Below are positions 1 through 7,062 of a DNA stretch of 16,436 bases, piece by piece; position 1 is the stretch's first letter, and the number at the start of each line of letters is the position of its first letter. The notes beneath the pieces are model-generated. The model did no database searches. It saw only the letters and a program-made list of their open reading frames with translations, and was not told the DNA's origin. Source of the DNA: Bdellovibrionales bacterium. Lineage in GTDB: Bacteria; Bdellovibrionota; Bdellovibrionia; Bdellovibrionales; UBA1609. The position numbers and the translations under genes are program-made. The stretch lies in the NCBI GenBank assembly GCA_050246815.1, contig JBFWVI010000057.1, positions 1 to 16,436 on the forward strand, given 5' to 3'.

Positions 1-44
1 GTTGTTTTGATCAGCTTTGAAAAAGCTCAGGCTTAGGAAGTTCG

Positions 45-1655
45 ATGGCCAACGAAAAGCGGCCTTCCACGCGAAAGCCCGAATTCCGTAATTCCAGTCA
101 GATTCGCCTGAAGGATGTCTACACGCCCGAAGATTGGAATGCCGCAAGCGGCATGGCCACGCTTGGCCGGCCCGGTGACTTCCCCTACACCCGGGGCGTG
201 CAAGAGACCATGTATCGCGGCCGCCTTTGGACCATGCGCCAGTACGCGGGCTTTGGTTCGGCCAAAGAATCCAACGAGCGCTATAAGATGCTCATTCAAA
301 AAGGCACCACTGGTCTTAGTGTCGCGTTCGATTTGCCCACCCAAATGGGTTTTGACTCGGATCACATCATGTCGACCGGTGAGGTCGGCAAGGTCGGTGT
401 GGCGATTTCCTCGATTGAGGATATGCAACAGCTGATGGATGGTCTGCCGCTCGAGAAAATTTCGACCTCCATGACGATCAACTCTACCGCTAGCATTTTG
501 TTGGCTTTTTATATTGCGGTGGCGAAAAAACGCGGCATCGATCCCAAAATTTTACGGGGCACGATTCAAAATGACCTTTTAAAAGAATACATCGCGCGCG
601 GAACTTACATCTATCCCCCAAAACAATCGCTTCGACTGATCACGGATATTTTTGCCTATTGCGCAAAAACGGTCCCCGAATGGAACACCATTTCGATTTC
701 GGGCTACCACATCCGTGAGGCCGGCAGCACGGCGGCCCAAGAAATCGCCTTCACTTTGGCCAACGGCTTGACCTATGTGCAGGCCGCTTTGGACAAGGGC
801 CTGGATGTGAATGAATTCGGCTCGCGCTTGAGCTTTTTCTTTAATTGTCACAATAATTTTTTTGAAGAGATCGCTAAATTTCGCGCAGCTCGCCGACTTT
901 GGGCGCGCTGGATGAAAGAGCGTTTTGGCGCGACCTCACCCAATGCCTTGAAGCTTCGTTTTCACACTCAAACGGCAGGTTCAACACTGACCGCACAACA
1001 ACCTCAAAACAACATCGTACGTGTAGCCACCCAAGCCTTGGCTGCGATCCTTGGCGGGACACAATCGCTGCATACCAATTCGATGGATGAGGCGTTGGGT
1101 CTGCCGACAGAAGAGGCCGCCACAATCGCACTTCGCACACAACAGGTCCTTGCCCATGAAACCGGAGCCGCCGACGTGATCGACCCCTTGGGCGGATCAT
1201 TTTATGTGGAATCTTTGACCGATCAGCTGGAAGCCAGAGCCATCCAATATGTCGAACGCATTGAATCCTTAGGTGGCGTCGTGAGCTGTATCGAATCCGG
1301 CTGGATCCAAAATGAAATCCAAAATGCGGCCTACCAGTATCAAAAAGACGTGGATGCCAAGCGCGAAATTATCGTCGGCGTGAACGACTTTATCCAAGAC
1401 TTCAATCCGCCCAAGCCATTAAAAATTAGTGAGCACGTGGCCAAGGAACAAATTGCACGTCTAAAGAAATTCAAACAAAGCCGTGACGATAAAAAAGTTT
1501 TGTCCGCTTTAAGCTCGCTGCAAAACGCCGCAGAAGGCGCGGACAATTTAATGCCTGTGATTGTCGATGCGGTCGAATGCGGTGTCACTTTGGGCGAAAT
1601 CTGTGAACGCCTGCGCCAGGTGTTTGGACAATTTCGCGAAAGCGTGAAGTTTTAA
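45..1655 (+). CDS. Methylmalonyl-CoA mutase family protein, large (substrate-binding TIM-barrel) subunit; no fused B12-binding domain
   Basis: 536 aa with family motifs [75 protein letters not shown] and GVTLGEI at the C-terminus. No DxHxxG cobalamin motif. AGGAAG RBS at 35-40. Confidence 0.95.
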   Translation: MANEKRPSTRKPEFRNSSQIRLKDVYTPEDWNAASGMATLGRPGDFPYTRGVQETMYRGRLWTMRQYAGFGSAKESNERYKMLIQKGTTGLSVAFDLPTQMGFDSDHIMSTGEVGKVGVAISSIEDMQQLMDGLPLEKISTSMTINSTASILLAFYIAVAKKRGIDPKILRGTIQNDLLKEYIARGTYIYPPKQSLRLITDIFAYCAKTVPEWNTISISGYHIREAGSTAAQEIAFTLANGLTYVQAALDKGLDVNEFGSRLSFFFNCHNNFFEEIAKFRAARRLWARWMKERFGATSPNALKLRFHTQTAGSTLTAQQPQNNIVRVATQALAAILGGTQSLHTNSMDEALGLPTEEAATIALRTQQVLAHETGAADVIDPLGGSFYVESLTDQLEARAIQYVERIESLGGVVSCIESGWIQNEIQNAAYQYQKDVDAKREIIVGVNDFIQDFNPPKPLKISEHVAKEQIARLKKFKQSRDDKKVLSALSSLQNAAEGADNLMPVIVDAVECGVTLGEICERLRQVFGQFRESVKF

Positions 1656-2621
1656 GTGCTCAAACCTTCGGACCATTTCGACGGTAAACTTTTTTTTAAT
1701 CCCGACGGATCTTCTGATAAAAGCCTTTGGGATGTGTACAAGTGGCGCCGAACAAGCTCGCCCGCCCGCTGGCCACTTTGGGTTAAGAATATCGCCACGC
1801 CTGATATCGCGACGACCGTGCCCCCTAACACGGCCGTCATCACCTTCATAAATCACGCCACGGTGTTGGTGCAGTTGCCGGGCTTTAACTTTTTAACTGA
1901 TCCTGTTTGGTCGAATCGCGTCAGTCCTTTCCGCTGGGCCGGCCCCCAACGTATTCGTGCGCCGGGTGTCGACTTTGATCATCTGCCGCCCATTCATGCC
2001 GTTTTAGTCAGCCATAACCATTATGATCATTTGGATATTGAGACTTTAACGCGTTTGGAAAGCCGCTTTTCACCGCACTTCTTTGTGGCATGGGGCGATC
2101 GTGATTTACTGATCAAAAATGGCCTTAAAAAGGTGACTCAGATGGATTGGTGGCAGCAAGAGCAGCCGATCATCGGCGTGCACGTGACTTTTGTGCCCGC
2201 CCGGCACTGGTCCGCACGGACCTTTTTCGACAAACGAAAAAGTCTTTGGGGTGGTTTTGTCGTCCGCCAAAACAGTCGGCAGTTTTACTATGCCGGCGAT
2301 AGTGGCTATGGCCCCCATTTCAAGCAAATCAATGCACGCTTGGGAGATCTGGATTTGGCGCTTCTGCCGATCGGCGCCTATGAACCACGTTGGTTTATGC
2401 GTGAAAGTCACATGAATCCACAAGAAGCGGTGCAGGCCCACTTGGATTTACAAGCCAAAACGAGCATGGCCGTGCATTATGGAACTTTTCAGCTGATGGA
2501 TGAAGGCTTGGAAACACCTGTACAGGAACTTAAAAAAGCAATGCTCGAAATTGCTTTAACTGAATCTCAGTTTTGGGTCTTGAACGAAGGCGAAACCCGC
2601 CGCCTGAATTTAAAGGAGTAA
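1656..2621 (+). CDS. MBL-fold metallo-hydrolase (NAPE-PLD / RomA-like)
   Basis: Motifs LTDPVWS, SHNHYDHLD (HxHxDH), PARHWSAR, YYAGDSGY, LLPIGAYEP, HMNP and HYGTF are typical of the NAPE-PLD-like MBL family. GTG start directly abuts the upstream TAA. Confidence 0.92.
   Translation: MLKPSDHFDGKLFFNPDGSSDKSLWDVYKWRRTSSPARWPLWVKNIATPDIATTVPPNTAVITFINHATVLVQLPGFNFLTDPVWSNRVSPFRWAGPQRIRAPGVDFDHLPPIHAVLVSHNHYDHLDIETLTRLESRFSPHFFVAWGDRDLLIKNGLKKVTQMDWWQQEQPIIGVHVTFVPARHWSARTFFDKRKSLWGGFVVRQNSRQFYYAGDSGYGPHFKQINARLGDLDLALLPIGAYEPRWFMRESHMNPQEAVQAHLDLQAKTSMAVHYGTFQLMDEGLETPVQELKKAMLEIALTESQFWVLNEGETRRLNLKE
2613..2618 (+). promoter_or_regulatory. Shine-Dalgarno of the zinc-finger histone gene, embedded in the last codons of the MBL gene
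   Basis: AAGGAG lies 8 nt upstream of ATG 2627 and immediately precedes the TAA (2619-2621) of the MBL gene. Confidence 0.8.
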
Positions 2622-2626
2622 GCGCG

Positions 2627-3142
2627 ATGGAAGCCAGTTCGGATTTTTGGCGTAAATGCAGCACCTGCAAAAAAAATATTGGCTTCAACCAAAAATATTA
2701 TGTGTGCAGCGTTTCGACCTGCAATGGCCAGCGCACCGGCTATGTGTTTTGTTCGGTTGTTTGTTGTGAGGCTCACGTTCCGGGCGCACGGCACCGTGAT
2801 TCGAGCGCCATTGAGATGATGTCGCCGAAAACGGCAACAACTGCCGTCGCAGCAAGTTCCCCCGCAACCACCCCGCAGCCCCAGCGAAAGATCATTGCCG
2901 GCAGTGGCTCAACTTCAGGTACAAACTTTGGCGGTGCAAAAAATCAATTTCCCCATGATATTTTAATCGTCGCCTCAAAGTTAAAAGACTACATCAAAGC
3001 CCGTGCGGACATGAACACCTCGGGCAATGTCATGGAGGTTTTATCAGATCTGGTTCGTCGCCACTGCGATGACGCTATCGACAAAGCCCGCCAAGAAGGC
3101 CGGAAAACAGTCATGGATCGTGATTTTAAAAAATGGAGCTGA
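2627..3142 (+). CDS. Zinc-finger (ZZ-like) - bacterial histone-fold fusion protein (ZZ-histone type), 171 aa
   Basis: Start reassigned from 2573 to ATG 2627, which has AAGGAG at 2613-2618. N-terminal ligands: C11xxC14, C27-x4-C32, C42-x3-C46C47, H50, H56. The C-terminal ~60 aa (DILIVASKLKDYIKARADMNTSGNVMEVLSDLVRRHCDDAIDKARQEGRKTVMDRDF) resemble the Bdellovibrio histone Bd0055 as I recall it and carry the histone L2/alpha3 signature GRKTVxxRD (RxTxxxxD). Confidence 0.9.
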   Translation: MEASSDFWRKCSTCKKNIGFNQKYYVCSVSTCNGQRTGYVFCSVVCCEAHVPGARHRDSSAIEMMSPKTATTAVAASSPATTPQPQRKIIAGSGSTSGTNFGGAKNQFPHDILIVASKLKDYIKARADMNTSGNVMEVLSDLVRRHCDDAIDKARQEGRKTVMDRDFKKWS

Positions 3143-3167
3143 ATCTTTCCCCGCAAGAAACACTACT

Positions 3168-3809
3168 TCAGTCCTTGAGGATCAGGTGGTTCGGCAGCTG
3201 ATTGGGTTTATGTCGATCATCCAACGGCAACTTCGTCTTTAAAATCTCTCCGCACATGTGCACGGATTTCTCTAAGCCTTCAAAGTATCGGCCCTTTTTA
3301 AATTCTTCCAGCATTGCGGCAATTGTTTGGGCCCATGTTTCTTCTGGGCAAATATCAGAAATTCCCTTGTCCGCCAAAATCACCGCCCGACGCTCCATAA
3401 GCGAGACAAAAATCAAAATACCTGTTCCTTCACTTGTCTTTTTGATGTCGGCACGATGGAACTCAAGCTCCGCACGCTGCTGCACCTGCCACTCTTCATC
3501 TATATTGGGCGTAAAAATTCGTTGCACCACACTCAAGCGCGCGAAGGCCAGACTTAAAAAGTAAATCACGATCGCGGCGGCCGGCGTTACGAGCCAGTGA
3601 ACATCCCATTGAAGACCAAAATAAAGGCCTTCCACCACCAAAAAAATCGCACCCAAAAATCCCATGAGCACCCACGGCACGTGGGCCACAGCGCTTGAGC
3701 GTCGCACAACGACCGCGACCAGTTCGCCGCGAGTTTGTTTTTCGATCTCGCTGATCAAGGCCGATATTTTTTCTGCTTGCTGTGGATTGATCATAAAGCC
3801 CTTCACCAT
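3168..3809 (-). CDS. TPM-domain membrane protein (partner in LemA-TPM modules)
   Basis: Motifs IEKQTRGELVAVV, two TM helices, TGILIFVSLMERRAVILADKGI and C-terminal NQLPN. The ORF-track start at 4004 overlaps the upstream gene by 200 nt; the real start is ATG 3809 or 3794. Confidence 0.88.
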   Translation of the reverse strand: MVKGFMINPQQAEKISALISEIEKQTRGELVAVVVRRSSAVAHVPWVLMGFLGAIFLVVEGLYFGLQWDVHWLVTPAAAIVIYFLSLAFARLSVVQRIFTPNIDEEWQVQQRAELEFHRADIKKTSEGTGILIFVSLMERRAVILADKGISDICPEETWAQTIAAMLEEFKKGRYFEGLEKSVHMCGEILKTKLPLDDRHKPNQLPNHLILKD

Positions 3810-4531
3810 GAACCTGATGCGCCGCCGCCGCTGAAGCCGCCGCCGCCGCCCGACCAACTGCTGCCGCCACTGCGGCCAAATCCGCCACTCGAGCCACCAC
3901 CATAGTAGCCCCCCATTCCGCTGGCAAAACCACCACCGCGAAGTCGGCGCCGTCCAATGCGGCCAAATAAAATCATCAGCACCCAAAGACCAACGAAAAA
4001 CCACGAATTCAAACGTACACCTTTTGATGATGTGCGTGGCTCAGGCAGGGGCTCTCCGTTCAGCAACACGCCTTCGATGGCCTCGACACCTTTGAGCACT
4101 CCCAATGCCATATCGCCTTTGCGGAAATAGGGGATCACCACGTCATCGGTGATCCTTTTTGCATAAGCGTCCGGCAATACACCCTCAAGGCCCTGCCCCA
4201 CTTCGATACGCAATTTTCTTTCGTTGGGTGCGATCAAAAACAAAATGCCGTTGTCTTTAGTCTTGTCACCCAGCTTCCACTGGTCGGTGATTTCAATGGA
4301 CGCTTGTTCGATCGGCAGTTCTTGAAGCGACTTGGTCACAAAGACCTGCACCTGGGCCACGCCACTTTGGTGCAAATTATGTAGCCGCTGTTCGATCTGC
4401 TGGCGTTGATCCGCCGACAAAAGGCCCACTTCATCCACCACCGGGCCGCTAAGCCAGGGGGTGACGAATTTTTTAGCTGCTGCCGGCTGACAAAACAGCA
4501 GGACGCTGATCAAAACTGCCGCGATACGCAT
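3803..4531 (-). CDS. TPM-domain protein (YgcG-like) with signal peptide, TM helix and Gly-rich tail
   Basis: Signal peptide, VVDEVGLLS, WKLGDKTKDNGILFLIAPNERKLRIEVGQGLEGVLPD, one TM helix and a GGGGGFSGGGASGSW terminus. Start overlaps the lemA stop (TAATG). Confidence 0.93.
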   Translation of the reverse strand: MRIAAVLISVLLFCQPAAAKKFVTPWLSGPVVDEVGLLSADQRQQIEQRLHNLHQSGVAQVQVFVTKSLQELPIEQASIEITDQWKLGDKTKDNGILFLIAPNERKLRIEVGQGLEGVLPDAYAKRITDDVVIPYFRKGDMALGVLKGVEAIEGVLLNGEPLPEPRTSSKGVRLNSWFFVGLWVLMILFGRIGRRRLRGGGFASGMGGYYGGGSSGGFGRSGGSSWSGGGGGFSGGGASGSW

Positions 4532-5115
4532 TACAAATTAACTTCAGGTGCTTTTTCGATTTTCGCTTTTTCATCCGCCGACACATCCCACTGGGCCATC
4601 TGTGGATGTTTGTAGAAAAGTGCGTTGAACCAGCTGGTGGGTGGCACGGTCACCAGATTGTTGTACTGTTGAACGGCTTCGATATAGCGCTGGCGGGCGA
4701 CCGTGATTCGGTTTTCCGTGCCCTCAAGCTGAGCCTGCAGATCGCGAAAGTTTTGATCGGCCTTGAGCTGCGGATAGTTTTCGCTGATCGCCAAAAGTTT
4801 TCCTAAGGCCTGCGACAGTTGACCTTGAGCCGCCGCGTACTTGGACAATTGCTCTGGCGTTGCGTTGCTGGGATCAATCGTCACACTAGTGGCTCGGCTG
4901 CGCATTTCTGTCACGCCTTCTAACGTTTCTTTTTCGTGTTTGGCATAGCCCTTCACAACATTGACCAAATTTGGAATGAGATCGGCGCGGCGCTTATATT
5001 GGTTGGTGATTTCAGAAAGTGCGGCATCCACCGAGTTCTTTGCGGTGGGGATCGACTGTAGACCACAACCGCTCAGCAAAACGACAGCGCTGAAGGATAA
5101 AATCAGTTTTTTCAT
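4531..5115 (-). CDS. lemA: LemA family protein (lipoprotein-type N-terminus)
   Basis: QYKRRADLIPNLVNVVKGYAKHE, ENYPQLKADQNFRDLQAQLEGTENRITVARQRY; lipobox LSGC; AGGAG RBS at 5121-5125. Confidence 0.95.
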   Translation of the reverse strand: MKKLILSFSAVVLLSGCGLQSIPTAKNSVDAALSEITNQYKRRADLIPNLVNVVKGYAKHEKETLEGVTEMRSRATSVTIDPSNATPEQLSKYAAAQGQLSQALGKLLAISENYPQLKADQNFRDLQAQLEGTENRITVARQRYIEAVQQYNNLVTVPPTSWFNALFYKHPQMAQWDVSADEKAKIEKAPEVNL

Positions 5116-5123
5116 AAATTCTC

Positions 5124-5879
5124 CTATTCGGACTCAGTCAGGGCCGTGGCACGCGGCCGTTTTAACATCTGCACCAAAAAAATCGACAATTCATAAAGCA
5201 AGACCATCGGCACCAAAAGCATAAACATACTCAATGCGTCGGGCGGTGTCACCACCGCCGAAAGCACGGCCAAGATCACAATGGCATAACGGCGCTTAGA
5301 CCGCAGTAATTTTTCGTCCACAATTCCCAATAAACCAAGAATGGTGATGATCAGCGGCAATTCAAAGGCGGCGCCGAACACCAGCGTTGTCGTCACAAAG
5401 AAAGACAGGTATTCCCCTAATGTGATCATCGGGGTGTCTGTGGTTCCGCCGAAATTCAATAAAAATTTAAACGCGGCCGGGTACACCAAAAAATAGGCAA
5501 ACAAAACTCCTGCGGCAAAAAGCAGGCTGCCGAAAAAAATAAATCCCGTGGCATAGCGGCGTTCACCCTCATAAAGCCCTGGCGCGATGAATTTCCAAGC
5601 CTGATACAACCACCATGGACAGCTTAAGATCACCCCCGCCAGCAACGAGACTTTAATATGCGCCAAAAACTTATCCATCACGCCCAAAAACACCAGGCCG
5701 CCACTTTCCGTGCCCAAAAAGGGCTGGATTGGTTTGCGGATCACTTCCATCAAATGTTCGCTGAAGTTGTAACAAACGGCGAAACCCAGCGCGATTCCAT
5801 AAAGGGCGCGGGTCACGCGAATACGCAGCTCGGTCAGGTGTTCGACGATGCTTTGCGCTTGGGTTTCAGGGTTGTTCAT
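5124..5879 (-). CDS. tatC: Twin-arginine translocase subunit TatC
   Basis: EHLTELRIR, YQAWKFIAPGLYEGERR, FELP, RRYAIV, VTPPD and LLYELSI motifs; about six TM helices. Confidence 0.97.
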   Translation of the reverse strand: MNNPETQAQSIVEHLTELRIRVTRALYGIALGFAVCYNFSEHLMEVIRKPIQPFLGTESGGLVFLGVMDKFLAHIKVSLLAGVILSCPWWLYQAWKFIAPGLYEGERRYATGFIFFGSLLFAAGVLFAYFLVYPAAFKFLLNFGGTTDTPMITLGEYLSFFVTTTLVFGAAFELPLIITILGLLGIVDEKLLRSKRRYAIVILAVLSAVVTPPDALSMFMLLVPMVLLYELSIFLVQMLKRPRATALTESE

Positions 5880-6211
5880 GTCTCACCCTTGGTTTTTTTG
5901 TCATCCTCGGTGACGGGACGAGCTCCTTGCGGCAAAATTCCATCCACTTTCTCGTGTGAAAATGGCTCTTCTTCCTGTTGTGGTTGGTAGCCGATAATGG
6001 GCTCATCCAAAGTTTTTTTGACGTCGTCCAGTTCGCGGCGCAATTCGTCTTGAGATTGCATCATGGTGGAGGTCAGGTCGCTGGTGGTGCGCTTAAGCTC
6101 ATTTAAAAATCGACCCACCACACGTGCAATCTCGGGCAGCTCTTTGGGGCCGATAAACACCAGCGCGATAATTCCGATAATCACCAATTCTGAAAAACCA
6201 ATATTGAACAT
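5876..6211 (-). CDS. tatB: Twin-arginine translocase subunit TatB (TatA/B family)
   Basis: MFNIGFSELVIIGIIALVFIGPKELPEIAR matches the TatB N-terminus (E8, GP, LP). Overlaps the tatC start (ATGA). Confidence 0.9.
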   Translation of the reverse strand: MFNIGFSELVIIGIIALVFIGPKELPEIARVVGRFLNELKRTTSDLTSTMMQSQDELRRELDDVKKTLDEPIIGYQPQQEEEPFSHEKVDGILPQGARPVTEDDKKTKGET

Positions 6212-6218
6212 GAGGCCC

Positions 6219-6247
6219 AGAATAGTGAGCTTGCTTGGTCAGGTCTA
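6219..6247 (-). promoter_or_regulatory. Candidate sigma70 promoter giving a leaderless tatB transcript
   Basis: Minus strand reads TAGACC-N17-TATTCT-N7-ATG(tatB); no Shine-Dalgarno upstream of tatB. Confidence 0.45.
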
Positions 6248-6874
6248 CTGTTTTGCCGTTTTGACCGGGGGAATCGGGGTAAAAATGCCCTTTTCGCGTA
6301 GCTGTTCCGCCGCCAGTTTGGAGCCCGTTGCCATGTAGCGATTATAAAGACGTAGCAGATCTTGATCGGACTGCACCATGGCCTGCTGACTGATCAAAGT
6401 GAGCACTTCTACATAGTCCAAAAAGCGCTCGGCTAAGTCCCGATAAACCGGTGCCGCTTCGCGAACAATAGCGCTGGCTGCCAAGGTTCCATAGGCCGTG
6501 CCGCCAATTTCGGCGTAATAATCCACGTCGACCACCTTGCGGTGCAGTGAATCGCCAAAAAATCCGCTTATGTAAAGGGAGGTGTCGCCAAGACGCTTGA
6601 GCATTTCTTGTCGCACGGCGGGCTCTGCGTTCGCCGCGATCAAAAAGGTTTCCGCCAGTGTGCCCGGCACGGGCTGTTTGTTGGCTTCGCTTGAGGCAAA
6701 TAAGTTTCTGGTGACCATGTAGTGTTCAAGCAGTCCGACCAGGTAGCCTTGCGTGGCGACGGGAGCCTTGATGCGCCTTTGCTGAACGGCTTCTTCGACC
6801 ATTTTGGTGAAAAATGGACGCGACGAACTAATTAACTTTGGCCCATCAGAATTTTGATCGCTTTCTTGACCCAT
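6245..6874 (-). CDS. Conserved hypothetical protein (predicted all-alpha, cytoplasmic)
   Basis: 209-aa ORF with a GAGGTG RBS (6882-6887). The segment LKRLGDTSLYISGFFGDSL...VDVDYYAEIGGTAY resembles a widespread uncharacterised family. Confidence 0.85.
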   Translation of the reverse strand: MGQESDQNSDGPKLISSSRPFFTKMVEEAVQQRRIKAPVATQGYLVGLLEHYMVTRNLFASSEANKQPVPGTLAETFLIAANAEPAVRQEMLKRLGDTSLYISGFFGDSLHRKVVDVDYYAEIGGTAYGTLAASAIVREAAPVYRDLAERFLDYVEVLTLISQQAMVQSDQDLLRLYNRYMATGSKLAAEQLREKGIFTPIPPVKTAKQ

Positions 6875-6932
6875 AATGAAACACCTCGTCGCGAGGAGTA
6901 CCCTCCCCTATCAACGGCTAGTTCCTTTCATT

Positions 6933-6949
6933 ATTTTAGCAAGATCTTG
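6933..6949 (-). promoter_or_regulatory. Candidate extended -10 promoter (TGcTAAAAT) overlapped by palindrome CAAGATCTTG
   Basis: Minus strand TGCTAAAAT at 6941-6933, about 58 nt upstream of ATG 6874; perfect 10-bp palindrome at 6940-6949. Confidence 0.35.
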
Positions 6950-7012
6950 ATCCCGTTGGGGAAAGACGCCTTCGAGCTGGACGAAAGCCGCGTCTTTGCC
7001 TTGTTTTGAGAC

Positions 7013-7035
7013 AAAAACGCATCGGCTCCATGCGC
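7013..7035 (-). terminator. Possible intrinsic terminator downstream of the M16 peptidase
   Basis: Minus strand GCGCAT-GGAGCCG-ATGCGT followed by TTTT, 27 nt after the stop codon. Confidence 0.4.
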
Positions 7036-7062
7036 TGAATTTATTTTTTGAATAACCGTTAC

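Noticed and set aside
13..27. AGCTTT-GAA-AAAGCT inverted repeat upstream of the mutase
   Set aside because: Short, AT-rich and at the window edge; no cobalamin riboswitch or other context can be evaluated.
33..1856. Antisense and alternate-frame ORFs over the mutase and MBL genes (e.g. 33-428, 874-1200, 1548-1856)
   Set aside because: Shadow ORFs of well-supported genes; no RBS or motif support.
2573..2626. ORF-track N-terminal extension (MGLERRRNPPPEFKGVSA) of the histone gene
   Set aside because: Overlaps the MBL gene; ATG 2627 has a strong AAGGAG at proper spacing.
3815..3940. GCC/CCA-rich short tandem repeats
   Set aside because: Simply encode the poly-Gly tail typical of TPM-domain proteins; not a CRISPR or VNTR.
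3810..4004. Trp/Arg-rich N-terminal extension of the 3168-4004 ORF and the Ala-rich ORF 3496-3966
   Set aside because: Alternate-frame read-outs of the Gly-rich tail of the upstream TPM gene.
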